DNA of 64,000 nucleotides. It comes from an uncultured Methanomicrobiales archaeon (lineage in GTDB: Archaea > Halobacteriota > Methanomicrobia > Methanomicrobiales > Methanospirillaceae). Where the stretch lies: contig CAILCG010000010.1 in NCBI GenBank assembly GCA_903832665.1, forward strand, positions 9,061-73,060, in the 5' to 3' direction. The notes below the pieces were generated by a model. The model was not told the origin of the DNA. It made no database searches and saw only the letters and a program-made list of their open reading frames with translations. The first letter of the stretch is position 1. Each line of letters starts with the position of its first letter. A program made the translations under genes and the position numbers. Positions 38,511 to 48,544 of the stretch are shown here, piece by piece.

Positions 38511-38924
38511 TTATGGCGATTCGATATTTTCCAGAATCGCGTCCATATCATTGCGACCCACTGCCCAGTAGATCATCCGCATCAGGTTCAGAATCGGTTT
38601 TTTTTCATAGCCCTTCCGCACAATGAACCCGAACGCATCGAGAATGTACGCGGAGTTTCTCAAAAAAGAATCATCTTCATCGGTAAAAAAGATGAACGGG
38701 GTCAAACTTCCTTTCTGCCGGATCGTCCGGAGCAATTTTATGCCATTTGTTTCCTCAAGATGATTGTTGGAAACGATCGCGTCAGCCTGGTTTTTCCGCA
38801 GCCATTCAAGTGCGTCACTATACGATCCCGTTGCGTGTATCGAGAACGTCGAAGTCCGTTCACACAGATGAGAAATAATTGATCTCATCTGTGCATCCGC
38901 ATCAACATACAACACGGTAATCAT
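38511..38924 (-). CDS. stand-alone receiver (CheY-like) domain with Asn in place of the phospho-acceptor Asp
   Basis: Contains ITVLYVDADAQMR...ADAIVSNNHLEETNGIKLL...PFIFFTDED...IVRKG. The T and K positions are conserved, but the D57-equivalent reads N. Confidence 0.6.
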   Translation of the reverse strand: MITVLYVDADAQMRSIISHLCERTSTFSIHATGSYSDALEWLRKNQADAIVSNNHLEETNGIKLLRTIRQKGSLTPFIFFTDEDDSFLRNSAYILDAFGFIVRKGYEKKPILNLMRMIYWAVGRNDMDAILENIESP

Positions 38925-41239
38925 ACCGGGTCTTCGGGGTTACCGTGTCCTTTTTTCGATTTTAGCCACTCGTCGAGACTGCCTACCAGAGACAGCACTG
39001 CAGGCATGATGAAGATCGCACCGATGAGGGAGAACCCTACGGCAATCAGGGTGGAGATACCAAAGTTGCTCAGGATGGGGAACGTTGCTAAGCAGAGTGC
39101 GGAGAACCCGATGAAGGTTGCAAGACCCGATACCGTGATGGCGGTACCGATCTTACTGACACTCTCCTGGATGGCAGCAATCGGATCGTGCAGCCTCTCC
39201 TCTTCTTCGGCATAACGCTCCATGACAAGGATGGTGTACTCTGCAGCCACACCAATTGTCATGGAACCCAACGTCGCCGTGAGCGGGTTATACGTGAGGC
39301 CGATGAGACTCATCATGACCGCATTCCAGCCCACAACGAAGATGATTGGGATGATCGGGGAGACCGCGTGGAGATGCCGGTACACCAGGATCAGGAAGAC
39401 GAAGACAAAGATGAACCCGAGAATGGTCATCGTATCTTTCGATTTCGCCATGGCCCCCAGCAGGCTGGTCATCAGCTCGAAATTCCCGGCAGGCTTTACC
39501 GAGATCCCTATCGGCGGTTCAAGGAACGCGATATCCTTGATCATCAGTTCTTTCAAACTGTTCTGCTGGGACATCGAAATTTTCACGGTGCTGAACCGTA
39601 TGATCCCGGTCATGGGGTCACCCAGAACCGATTTTTTCGAATCCTCCGGTATCTTTGAGAGCACTGTATCAAGCTGGGCCTGGGTCTCCGGCATTACGCC
39701 GCCATTATACTGGAGGACGTACGTGACTATGCTTGTCGCCCCGGTCATTTCCGAATGGTGCGACAACTCATAGTCCTGGAATCCCTTAAGCCATATCACC
39801 GTATCGAGATCCGTTACCCGCGAACCCTGCACAAGCAGGTCTGCGGTACTGGTCGCCCCGATGACGCGGGTGACTTTATCGATGTTGATCTTGGCCGGCA
39901 TGTCCGAGGGAACAAACGCGTTCTCATCGGAACTGACCGGGATGGTCGTATCGATCTGGAATCCTATTAACGCAATAAGACCCGCCAGCAGAAGGATCGG
40001 GACCGGGTTCTTCGCAATTTTTACCGAAGTGTTTGTCAGGAACTGATTATAGGAAAAGGAACTTTTCTTTCCCTTCTTTGAGCTGTTTTTCGAAGTATCG
40101 ATGATCGTATCACACGCATCGGTACCCACGGCATAGCACTGACCGGTCTGCTGCTGCTTGGGCTGGTAATTCACCAGCAGGGCAATGGTGGGCATACCGA
40201 TACAGGAGACCCAGAAACAGGTGTTGATACCGATGATGGAGACGACACCGAACGAGCGGATCATCGGGACTGTCGAGACCATCATGGCTAAAAAACCCAT
40301 GGACGTGGCCAGCATTGCATACATGACGGCCGGACCGGTGCGGGTTACCGTCATGAAGACCGCGTTGTCGAGCGATCCTTTCCTCGCTTCCTCATCGAAC
40401 CTGGCGTGGAACTGGATCGCATAATCGATCCCAAGACCGATCAGAACCGGGAAGGCCCCGATCACCGCCATGTTCAGGTTGATACCGGCAATGCCCATCA
40501 GGCCAAGCGAAGTCACGAGGCCGATAGCTACGAGCAGGACCGGCATGAAGCGATGGCGGACATAGGAAAATAAGATCCCCATCGTGATGATCATAAGCAC
40601 GAGGGCTCCCCCGATGAGAACCCCCATGTTACTGGTGAGGCCAGCGCTCATCTGCTGTGAAAACGCCGGCGTGCCGGAGAGTTCAACTTTTACGCCCGGG
40701 GGTGGGGAGGAGGAGTCAACAACCGATGCCACATTGCTCAGCACGGACTTCTGAACCTTCTCAGAGATTCCCGGTGTGATCTTGAGCTGGACAAGGGTCA
40801 GCACGTTGGAGGGATAGAGCAGGTCACGGGTACTCTGGGGAAGTGAATTGACTATGCGCTCCGTGTCAACCCGCGACGAGGGGAGTGTGCCCCCGTTATA
40901 TGCCCTTAAGACATCGGTGAGACTCTGTACGCTCTCAATATTCTGCTGCTGTCGCAGATCTTTTTCAAGATTATCGATATAGGAGAGAACTTCCGGGCTT
41001 AACGGATCACCGGCTTCGACGATAAATATGATCGCACTCGATGTGAAGTCCTCATTGTATTTTACCTGGAGGACCCCGGCGGGACTGTCCTTGTCAACGT
41101 AGGTTTCGAACCCCGTCTGCATACTGAGCGTGGTCATGCCGTAGAGGCCGACGCAGAACAGGGCAAGGACAAAGGCGGCAACCAGTTTCGGATGCTTGAT
41201 GATCGTATTTGCTATGCCTTCAAAGATCTTTTGAATCAT
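38921..41239 (-). CDS. RND-superfamily exporter (MMPL/HAE3-like, 12 TM)
   Basis: 772 aa from MIQKIFEG. Two 6-TM bundles are each preceded by a large extracytoplasmic loop. Confidence 0.75.
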   Translation of the reverse strand: MIQKIFEGIANTIIKHPKLVAAFVLALFCVGLYGMTTLSMQTGFETYVDKDSPAGVLQVKYNEDFTSSAIIFIVEAGDPLSPEVLSYIDNLEKDLRQQQNIESVQSLTDVLRAYNGGTLPSSRVDTERIVNSLPQSTRDLLYPSNVLTLVQLKITPGISEKVQKSVLSNVASVVDSSSPPPGVKVELSGTPAFSQQMSAGLTSNMGVLIGGALVLMIITMGILFSYVRHRFMPVLLVAIGLVTSLGLMGIAGINLNMAVIGAFPVLIGLGIDYAIQFHARFDEEARKGSLDNAVFMTVTRTGPAVMYAMLATSMGFLAMMVSTVPMIRSFGVVSIIGINTCFWVSCIGMPTIALLVNYQPKQQQTGQCYAVGTDACDTIIDTSKNSSKKGKKSSFSYNQFLTNTSVKIAKNPVPILLLAGLIALIGFQIDTTIPVSSDENAFVPSDMPAKINIDKVTRVIGATSTADLLVQGSRVTDLDTVIWLKGFQDYELSHHSEMTGATSIVTYVLQYNGGVMPETQAQLDTVLSKIPEDSKKSVLGDPMTGIIRFSTVKISMSQQNSLKELMIKDIAFLEPPIGISVKPAGNFELMTSLLGAMAKSKDTMTILGFIFVFVFLILVYRHLHAVSPIIPIIFVVGWNAVMMSLIGLTYNPLTATLGSMTIGVAAEYTILVMERYAEEEERLHDPIAAIQESVSKIGTAITVSGLATFIGFSALCLATFPILSNFGISTLIAVGFSLIGAIFIMPAVLSLVGSLDEWLKSKKGHGNPEDPV

Positions 41240-41246
41240 GAAATCT

Positions 41247-42587
41247 TCACTGGTTCTCCATTTTCCTGCGATAGACAAGGAATGCAATGCAGATCACAAT
41301 TACCGCTATCAGACCGGATGCAAGGGTCAGGTATCCTCCCGGTATACCTGATGCACCTGAAGCTGTCGGCACAACGGTAATCTGGACCGGCATGGTATCC
41401 GATTCCAGGCTGTTACCGAGTACATCGCGGAACCGGATACTGCTGTCAAAGGTGTACGTCTTTGGCTCAGCGGCAGCATCTGCTTCAATCACGTAACGGG
41501 CACTTGCTGTCATGCCGGGTTCCAGATTTCCAAGGAATGCATTATTATCAGTAATGCTTACGGGATTGTGAGGAGAGATCCGTGCTTCTGCATTATAAGC
41601 AGTTACCTTTCCGTCATTCCGGTACTGGACTTCAATTGTCCGGCCGGTGCCGCTGGTCACTTCAGGTGCAGGAGATGTCACGATAAAGGTCATTTTGGCA
41701 GTCACGGGAACACCTGCCACCGTTGAGGGGGAAGTGACAATGGTTCCTTCCCGGTTCGTGTAGGAGACGGCAACATCAACCGGGTAGGTCTGGTTCGTCG
41801 CATCTTGTGAAACCGAAACCTTGTACCGGCAATCTATTACGCCCCCGCTGAGGAAGCTGCCGACAAACAGGCTGCTGTCCGTGGGGATGATCGGACTCTG
41901 ACCGTTCCGGAGAAGTTTTACCGATGCCATCTCGCCGTTTTCCGGACCGGTGTTCATTATCTTCAGATTCACATACCCCTGCGATCCAACACTGAGGCCT
42001 TCCGGCACCGCCTCGAAGACTTCAACTTTTATCTGGGGTTTGATCCGGATGGTAACGGGGAGGGTATCTTCTGCCTCGTTATAGGTAAACTGGAACGTAT
42101 CTGCGGCTTCCTGGTTTATGACCTGCGTATACTTGTACCGGATGGAGAGAGGCAGCTGGTAATCTCCGGCAGTTGCATTTGCGGAGATTTTTGCTTTGAA
42201 CTGCAGGATTACGGTATTTCCGTTACCCTTGATATCGCCAGTCATCTGCGGATCGGTCTTGATGATCACCGCATCGCTGCCGGATGTGAGTCCGAATGTT
42301 ACGAATTTTGCGGTGTTCGGAAGATCCTCTGCATCGATCGGACCCTGGTCCAGTTGCTTCATGGGATTGAGACCGGAATTTTTCACCAGGATGCTGATCG
42401 TTGCATCCTGGCCCGGGGTGAACTCATTGACACCGTTAATCGCTGCTGAGAACGATGGAGCGCCTCCAGGGTACTTTGTTGCAGCCACGACCGATGCTAC
42501 CATCAACGCACTGCACATGAGCAGGGTTAAAACTATGATCGCGATTCCGGCAGAGCCGGAAAAACCCTTGGGAGTCATTTGAATCAC
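41247..42587 (-). CDS. COG1361-type surface (S-layer-domain-like) protein with signal peptide and C-terminal TM anchor
   Basis: 446 aa with repeated beta-sandwich modules (VKNSGLNPMK, IMNTGPENGE, YRNDGKVTAY). Paralog of the upstream gene. Confidence 0.6.
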   Translation of the reverse strand: MIQMTPKGFSGSAGIAIIVLTLLMCSALMVASVVAATKYPGGAPSFSAAINGVNEFTPGQDATISILVKNSGLNPMKQLDQGPIDAEDLPNTAKFVTFGLTSGSDAVIIKTDPQMTGDIKGNGNTVILQFKAKISANATAGDYQLPLSIRYKYTQVINQEAADTFQFTYNEAEDTLPVTIRIKPQIKVEVFEAVPEGLSVGSQGYVNLKIMNTGPENGEMASVKLLRNGQSPIIPTDSSLFVGSFLSGGVIDCRYKVSVSQDATNQTYPVDVAVSYTNREGTIVTSPSTVAGVPVTAKMTFIVTSPAPEVTSGTGRTIEVQYRNDGKVTAYNAEARISPHNPVSITDNNAFLGNLEPGMTASARYVIEADAAAEPKTYTFDSSIRFRDVLGNSLESDTMPVQITVVPTASGASGIPGGYLTLASGLIAVIVICIAFLVYRRKMENQ

Positions 42588-43958
42588 TCACCGGGATTTA
42601 TTTCTATGGTAGAGAGCGAAGCCAATTCCCAGTATCGCAATGGCAATTACTGCGAGAGCAAGCGGGCTTTTCAACAGACCATCGACAATACTTGTCCCTT
42701 TGGCAATATTCAGGCTCAGTTTTATCGGATCGGAGATGATCTGGTTACCAAACGCGTCACGGTACCGGATCTCGGAGTCAATACCATATTGTTTCGCGGT
42801 TGCAGTTCCGGCAACTGTTACGAGAAATGATGCTTCCTTTGTTTCGCCCGGTGCGACATCGCCGAGGTACGCAGTATCATCGTTGCTGGTGAATGGATCT
42901 ACCATGCTGACGCGGGCCTGTGCCTGGTGTGCAATTGCACTGCCGGTGTTCTTGTACTGGACGGTGATCACTTTTTTCTGGCCCGGGGTTAATGTGTCAG
43001 GGTCAGAAACGATGGTGAACTTGATCTTCCCGCCAACAGGAACTCCAATGGTTTTGATATCCGATGAAACAACATCGCCATCCGTATTTTCATATTTTAC
43101 AAACACATCAAGGGGGTACGTCTGGGCTTCTGCGCTATCTGCAACGGTTGCCTTGAAGATGGAGGTTGCGATTCCCCCTGAGGGAAAGTCACCGATGTAG
43201 GCATTCCCCTGAGTGGGGACTACCGGACTTCCATTATTGCGTGCGATAACAATGATCGCTTTCTTTGCATCTTCATGCCCGGTATTTTTTACCTCAAGAC
43301 GAATCGAACCTTCCGTGCCGGCGTTGAGGTGCTGGATATCAGCAGAAACGACACTGATCTGTACATCCGGCTTTACTTTAACGGGTATCTCAAATGTCTG
43401 GTCAATGGTCTTATACGAGTACTGGATAGTGTCAGTTCCGTACTGGTCTGCCGTGTACAGGTACGTATAATTCAACTTTACGGGAAGATTGTAGGATCCC
43501 GAGGAAATCTCCGAAGGGATCCTGACCGTGAATTTACTGGTTACGGTGCTGCTGGCTTTCAGGTCTCCCAGCATCTGGGGATCGGATTTGATGATAAAAC
43601 CCGAATTACCCGGTTCAAGAGTAACCGTGAGGAATTTGGCCGTGTTCGGGAGATCATCCCGGTCAATGATACCTGTTTTCTGGAATTTGACCGTGTTCAA
43701 ACCGGTGTTTTCGATAGTTACTGCGATCTGGACTTCTTTACCCGGAGTAAATTCATTGGTTCCTGAAACAGAGGCAGAAAGGTCCGGACTTCCTGCCATA
43801 TACTGTTCTCCTGCACTCGCGGGAGTGGTTACGATAAACAATGCTGCAATACCCATGAGAATAACTGACCACAACAGGCTGGTACTCCGCCCTTGTCTGA
43901 GCGGGGTATTGCGGGTTAAGGTATATTCCGGGTTTGTTCTTTTTTGATAGAGGTCCAT
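42588..43958 (-). CDS. COG1361-type surface protein, paralog
   Basis: Start chosen at MDLYQKRT (43958). Modules: IENTGLNTVK, VKNTGHEDAK, YKNTGSAIAH. C-terminal TM anchor. Confidence 0.6.
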   Translation of the reverse strand: MDLYQKRTNPEYTLTRNTPLRQGRSTSLLWSVILMGIAALFIVTTPASAGEQYMAGSPDLSASVSGTNEFTPGKEVQIAVTIENTGLNTVKFQKTGIIDRDDLPNTAKFLTVTLEPGNSGFIIKSDPQMLGDLKASSTVTSKFTVRIPSEISSGSYNLPVKLNYTYLYTADQYGTDTIQYSYKTIDQTFEIPVKVKPDVQISVVSADIQHLNAGTEGSIRLEVKNTGHEDAKKAIIVIARNNGSPVVPTQGNAYIGDFPSGGIATSIFKATVADSAEAQTYPLDVFVKYENTDGDVVSSDIKTIGVPVGGKIKFTIVSDPDTLTPGQKKVITVQYKNTGSAIAHQAQARVSMVDPFTSNDDTAYLGDVAPGETKEASFLVTVAGTATAKQYGIDSEIRYRDAFGNQIISDPIKLSLNIAKGTSIVDGLLKSPLALAVIAIAILGIGFALYHRNKSR

Positions 43959-44210
43959 AGATGATTCACGCTTTCCTGAGTTGTTGCAATCAAGGTTGAA
44001 AATAATAGTATTAAAACACTTGGTACATTGACTATACATAATGACTATAAATAAAAAATGCAATGAGAGAAAGGAACCGGTCGGGGGACACGAAACGCAT
44101 GGACAAACAGGACCGAGTTACTCAACTATCCAGGATGCCCCCATCCCAAAGTACCATAAACGAAACCATGATGGTAGCACGTGAAAAGGGAATCGGATAC
44201 CGGATTTGTG

Positions 44211-44478
44211 TTTTTTCCGGGAAAATTTTCATGCAGACTCTGCTCAAAAAATTTCAATCGCGTACGGGGGGTGTTAGTTAGTGAGCCTACAATCGGATAA
44301 TTATCCTACAAAATACCTATTTATCCTACAAAATTTTTGGTTCTCCGGCGTTATGGATCAGAAAATAAAATCAAGGTCTGATTGAAAAATTTCAAGCAGG
44401 GGGTGAGGGGTCGATTGAAAAAAAATTTCCGGAGATCGATTGCGATTTTTTTGTACGAAAACTGATCCGAATTTTGGT
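44211..44478. repeat. second degenerate array of GTC-GATTGAAAAA-ATTTC-type units plus a 14-nt direct repeat
   Basis: Units present: CAAGGTCTGATTGAAAAATTTC, GGGGTCGATTGAAAAAAAATTTC, GAGATCGATTGCGATTTTTTT and GCAGACTCTGCTCAAAAAATTTC. TTATCCTACAAAAT occurs twice (about 44300-44333). Confidence 0.55.
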
Positions 44479-44828
44479 TCAAATACGAGCCAGAAATGTT
44501 CCCCAGGGAATCGGAATCAAAATTACAAAATGAGTGAAAGAGTGGAAGGTAAACAGCCCCCTCCGCGGCAGGTCACCAAGGTACAAAAGGATAAAAAATT
44601 TCAGATTGTACGTATTTTTGTCCCGATAATTGAACCATTTCTGATGTCCATCGCGAAGGGCGAAAAAAATCAGCCATCACCAGTAACAGTCAGAATGGAT
44701 CCTCATCCCAAGCTCATTTTTAATGAAGAACCAAAACCCCATAATGGGTCGGAGGTCCTGCAAATCCGAGGTTCTTCCCCCCGGGAAAGGGAAAAAAATA
44801 AAAAAAATTCCGGAAACGGAAAAACCCT

Positions 44829-46268
44829 TTAGTGAATAAGGTCCTGGAGAGCATCGATACGCTCCCGCAGGTTCTTCTCCCGCTCGGCAAAATCGGTGAT
44901 ATCTGACAGGGTGATGTAGAAACGTATCATATCCCCGGTCCTGGCAGCAGTAATTTTTCCATGAAGGTAGCGGTTCTTGCCATCTTTGCGCTCGATCCAG
45001 ATCTTAAATTCACCAGGATAAGGTGAATCCGGCTGGACATTCCTGAAGATCTCCTCTATCCTCTCCTTATCGGTCACCGGGACCATGCCGGAATCAGAAA
45101 ATGCCTTCAGATCATTGGTTAAGAGAGTGCCGTTAAAACCCATCTCAGCCATCTCTTCCGCGGAATAGCCCGTTATCTGCATGATCCTGCGGTTGGAGAA
45201 GACAATTTTATCATTCTCGATAATGATAAGCCCGTCCTGGATATTATCCGCCATCATCCGGAACAGCTGTTCGCTCTCCCGCACCCGGGCTTCCTGGTTT
45301 TTCAGATCCGTGATATCGGTGAAGATGACAAAGTTATAGAAAGTATCATCGTGTTTTGCTCCGCTGATCCGGGCGTAGACAAACCTTCGCTGCCCGTCTT
45401 TCCGGATAATCCACATACGGAGATCGCCGGGTTTTTCAGGGTGGGCTTCAATATCCCGTATCTGTTGTGTCGCCTCTTCGAAGCACTCCGGGGCGATGAT
45501 CGCAAGGGGCCCCATTGCCTTCATCTCCCCAAAGGAATACCCGGTGATTTCAGCGATCCGGTTATTGGCATATATCGTTTTGTCGCCTTCCACGATGGTG
45601 AGTCCATCCTGGATGTTATCCGCCATCATCCGGAACCGCTCCTCACTTTCCCGTATTTCCCGGTCGGCAAGAATACGCTCAGTAATATCTTCGAGAATAA
45701 GCGTGATCCCTTTTCTCCCGTCATCAAAAACCGTGGGAACACTTTTCTGATGGAAGATTCTCTCCTTCCCGCCTTTGACATGGAAGGTAACGGTAGCTTC
45801 TTGCTCCCGCAGATCACTGGTGATCATATCGAGCAGTTCACGGACATCAACTTCAGGCGACTGTACATAGGAAATATTTTTTCCTAGGGTATCTTCGCGA
45901 CGGAGTTGGAGAAGTTCTAAAAAATTATCATTGATATCAGTGATCCGGGACTCATTGTCCAGAACCATGATGAGCTCTTTTGAATAACTGAGCATGGCAG
46001 AAAGAGGGATCCGCTGCGAGATCGTGTACACCTTTGCCATGCCGTACGCCCGCATGTCCACCTGACCCGAGATGAGCAGGATATCGAGATACCTTCCGAT
46101 CGTGTTCTTGTTCTTCTTCAATGCTTTCGAGATGTCGGTTACACTCATCCCGTTGGAATTTTTCTTGAGAAGATCCTTGATGGCAACAAGTTCAGTCTGG
46201 TAATCCTGCATCATGGTTGGGTAAGCGTCCAAATTTTTTGCGCTGGTGATTAGTATGAACATGGTCAT
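44829..46268 (-). CDS. wHTH plus triple-PAS sensor/regulator
   Basis: N-terminal wHTH (MSVTDISKALKKNKNTIGRYLDILLISGQV) followed by three PAS-like repeats (ERFRMMADNIQDGL occurs twice). The start may instead be at 46214. Confidence 0.65.
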   Translation of the reverse strand: MTMFILITSAKNLDAYPTMMQDYQTELVAIKDLLKKNSNGMSVTDISKALKKNKNTIGRYLDILLISGQVDMRAYGMAKVYTISQRIPLSAMLSYSKELIMVLDNESRITDINDNFLELLQLRREDTLGKNISYVQSPEVDVRELLDMITSDLREQEATVTFHVKGGKERIFHQKSVPTVFDDGRKGITLILEDITERILADREIRESEERFRMMADNIQDGLTIVEGDKTIYANNRIAEITGYSFGEMKAMGPLAIIAPECFEEATQQIRDIEAHPEKPGDLRMWIIRKDGQRRFVYARISGAKHDDTFYNFVIFTDITDLKNQEARVRESEQLFRMMADNIQDGLIIIENDKIVFSNRRIMQITGYSAEEMAEMGFNGTLLTNDLKAFSDSGMVPVTDKERIEEIFRNVQPDSPYPGEFKIWIERKDGKNRYLHGKITAARTGDMIRFYITLSDITDFAEREKNLRERIDALQDLIH

Positions 46269-46404
46269 TTATAATTGTTATGAATCATCAAAATGTATAA
46301 CCAATAAAAGAAAAAACTAAATATAAAAAGAGAAAACATTACTTCGCGGGTATGCATACGTAGCGGCCCTATTATTGAACCATTGAAAACAGGAGATTTA
46401 CACT

Positions 46405-47076
46405 ATGGTAACTGAATCACTCAACATAATTTCACGCGGACTGGACAACACCATGGCGGTACTTCCCGCCATAATCGGTGCATTGATTGTTCTTCTTATC
46501 GGATGGATTGTCGGACGACTCTTGGGAAAAGCAGTGCACATTCTTGTTGACAAGGCTACTGCAACGCCGATAATCGGCGAATCGGATATGGGAAAATCCG
46601 TTACAAAATCCGGATTCACGCTGGGCGCTCTCGGCGATGTTGCTGTACGGTGCATCGTGTACCTGATAGCCATCCTTGCAGCGGTTGATATCCTCAATCT
46701 GGAGTACCTCAGCCGGTTTATGACCAAGGTTGTTGAGTATATCCCCCACGTCATCGCATTTGTGATCATCTTAGTTGTCGGCATTATCCTGATCGACTAT
46801 TTTATCGATATGTTCCAGGTCTATTCCCGGAATTCGAATATCGAGCTGCTCAGCCCGGTGCTGGTCCTGCTCCGGCTGTTCCTGTATTTCGTTGTCGTCA
46901 CGCTTGCCCTCTCCCAGCTCCTGCTGGACCTAACCATCATCTACACGATCATTACGCCTATTGCCTGGGGACTTGGGATCGGGCTCGGAGCCTCGATCGC
47001 GATTATTGTCTGGTTCGGTATGAAAAACCGGAGCGAACAGATCATGGACAAAGTGATGGAAGCAATAACAAAATAG
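46405..47076 (+). CDS. multi-pass membrane protein with conserved-TM-helix repeats (MscS-N-terminal-like)
   Basis: 223 aa with repeated helices of the type LPAIIGALIVLLIGWIVGRLLGK. Function unknown. Confidence 0.4.
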   Translation: MVTESLNIISRGLDNTMAVLPAIIGALIVLLIGWIVGRLLGKAVHILVDKATATPIIGESDMGKSVTKSGFTLGALGDVAVRCIVYLIAILAAVDILNLEYLSRFMTKVVEYIPHVIAFVIILVVGIILIDYFIDMFQVYSRNSNIELLSPVLVLLRLFLYFVVVTLALSQLLLDLTIIYTIITPIAWGLGIGLGASIAIIVWFGMKNRSEQIMDKVMEAITK

Positions 47077-47132
47077 GGTTTTGCTCCCTGTTTCAGATTG
47101 AAACAAAATCAAACATGGTTATCGTAATCTAT

Positions 47133-47185
47133 GAGGTGGCAGTACCCTCACAAAAATCTCTCTCCTGCCACCTCCCATTTTTTTT
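47133..47185 (+). terminator. hairpin plus T8 terminator-like element
   Basis: GAGGTGGCAG (47133-47142) pairs with CTGCCACCTC (47165-47174), followed by T8 (47178-47185). It lies 57 nt after the stop of the 46405-47076 gene. Confidence 0.5.
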
Positions 47186-47327
47186 ATGGAAGATATCACA
47201 ACACGCCCGGCCGGGGGAATAGTACCACCCCCGGGGAAAAAGACCTGAATGAGACAACCTCCTCACGGGGCATCCCGCCGGTAAAATGAGGTCATATTTG
47301 CAAAATCAATGAAAGGAAGTTACTATC

Positions 47328-48029
47328 ATGAAAAAAATCCGCATGCTGATCATAATCCTGCTTATGGTTGCATTGATGTTATTACCCGTTTCTGCCAGTG
47401 AGATGAATAGTACAAATTCTACTATCATTCCTGCAACTAACGGAACTGGCGTGGAATTACCGGTGACAACGCACGTCCCTTCCGAAAATACGACCATGCC
47501 GGTAACCAACGCAACGGTGATGCTATCGACAAACACCACACCGTTGCCCGGTGGAACAACGACAGTACTATCCGTGACGACAGCAACTCCCGTTTCTCCT
47601 GCATTACCGGCAACGCAGGCACCTGTGGGGAATATCACGGTCGCATCATCACCACCGGGGGCAAACATACTCATTGACGGTGTTTACTATGGAACCGCCC
47701 CGGGGAACCTGACAGGGATTCCCACGGGAAACCACATGGTGAGACTTGCCCTGAGCGGCTACTATGATTATGAAGGGACCATCTATGTGCTTCCCGGCCA
47801 GGTTACCCACGTATTCGGGACACTCCCCCCGCTGAATGGAGCAGCCCCACCGGTCCCGACAATCATACAGCCCATTGCAGTCACCACCATTCCCCCTGCC
47901 ACCGTTCCTACCGCACAGTCCTCGTCCGGAGGGCCATTCGAAAACCCGGCGGTAATTGCGGCGATAATCGGAACCATCACCGCATGTATCGGGGCCGGTG
48001 TAACGATCTTCACCCACACCCGGAAATAA
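47328..48029 (+). CDS. secreted Thr-rich PEGA-domain protein with C-terminal TM anchor
   Basis: Signal peptide MKKIRMLIIILLMVALMLLPVSA. PEGA-like segment ITVASSPPGANILIDGVYYGTAPGNLTGIPTGNHMVRLALSGYY. TM helix VIAAIIGTITACIGAGVTIF. Confidence 0.65.
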   Translation: MKKIRMLIIILLMVALMLLPVSASEMNSTNSTIIPATNGTGVELPVTTHVPSENTTMPVTNATVMLSTNTTPLPGGTTTVLSVTTATPVSPALPATQAPVGNITVASSPPGANILIDGVYYGTAPGNLTGIPTGNHMVRLALSGYYDYEGTIYVLPGQVTHVFGTLPPLNGAAPPVPTIIQPIAVTTIPPATVPTAQSSSGGPFENPAVIAAIIGTITACIGAGVTIFTHTRK

Positions 48030-48255
48030 AAAAAGGGATAAACCCCGCACCATGGGCAGCACCAGCGAATAAAGCAGCATTCGCAAAAGATATCCCGGGG
48101 ATCAAAACCTCTCCCACCGGACAGAAGAGCGGGAAAAATATCCGAAGACACGAAAATCCGTTGACCCTCAAACAGTCAGAAATATCCCTGAAGACTCCGC
48201 TATGATGGTACACGTGATCGGAAGAACGGAGAAATGGATCCGGGGATTCTGAAAG

Positions 48256-48495
48256 ATGATTCCTGACAGTATGGTAAAGGGATTATTTGCATCGTACCTG
48301 GCTACAACCCAGGGACGGGAGATGATTCATAATTATATCTCCTCGGCAGATGGACAGGCATCGATCCGGGAATATCTTGCCACCCCGCAGGGAAAACAGA
48401 CCGCACTCCAGGTCCTGCCGCTGGTACTAGATGCCGTGGATCTTCCGGATGAGGTAAAAAGTTCAGTCCGGGAAAATCTTGGAAAGAAAAACTAA
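48256..48495 (+). CDS. hypothetical small protein
   Basis: 79-aa ORF with reasonable composition. No family recognised. Confidence 0.3.
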   Translation: MIPDSMVKGLFASYLATTQGREMIHNYISSADGQASIREYLATPQGKQTALQVLPLVLDAVDLPDEVKSSVRENLGKKN

Positions 48496-48544
48496 AATCT
48501 CCCATTCTAAGCTTTTTTAACCATACTGATTACGTAAAAAAATT

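Noticed and set aside
44440-44832. A 130-aa ORF upstream of the COG1361 operon.
   Set aside because: It runs through the degenerate repeat array and has Lys/Asn/Pro-rich low-complexity composition with no motif. It is probably non-coding.
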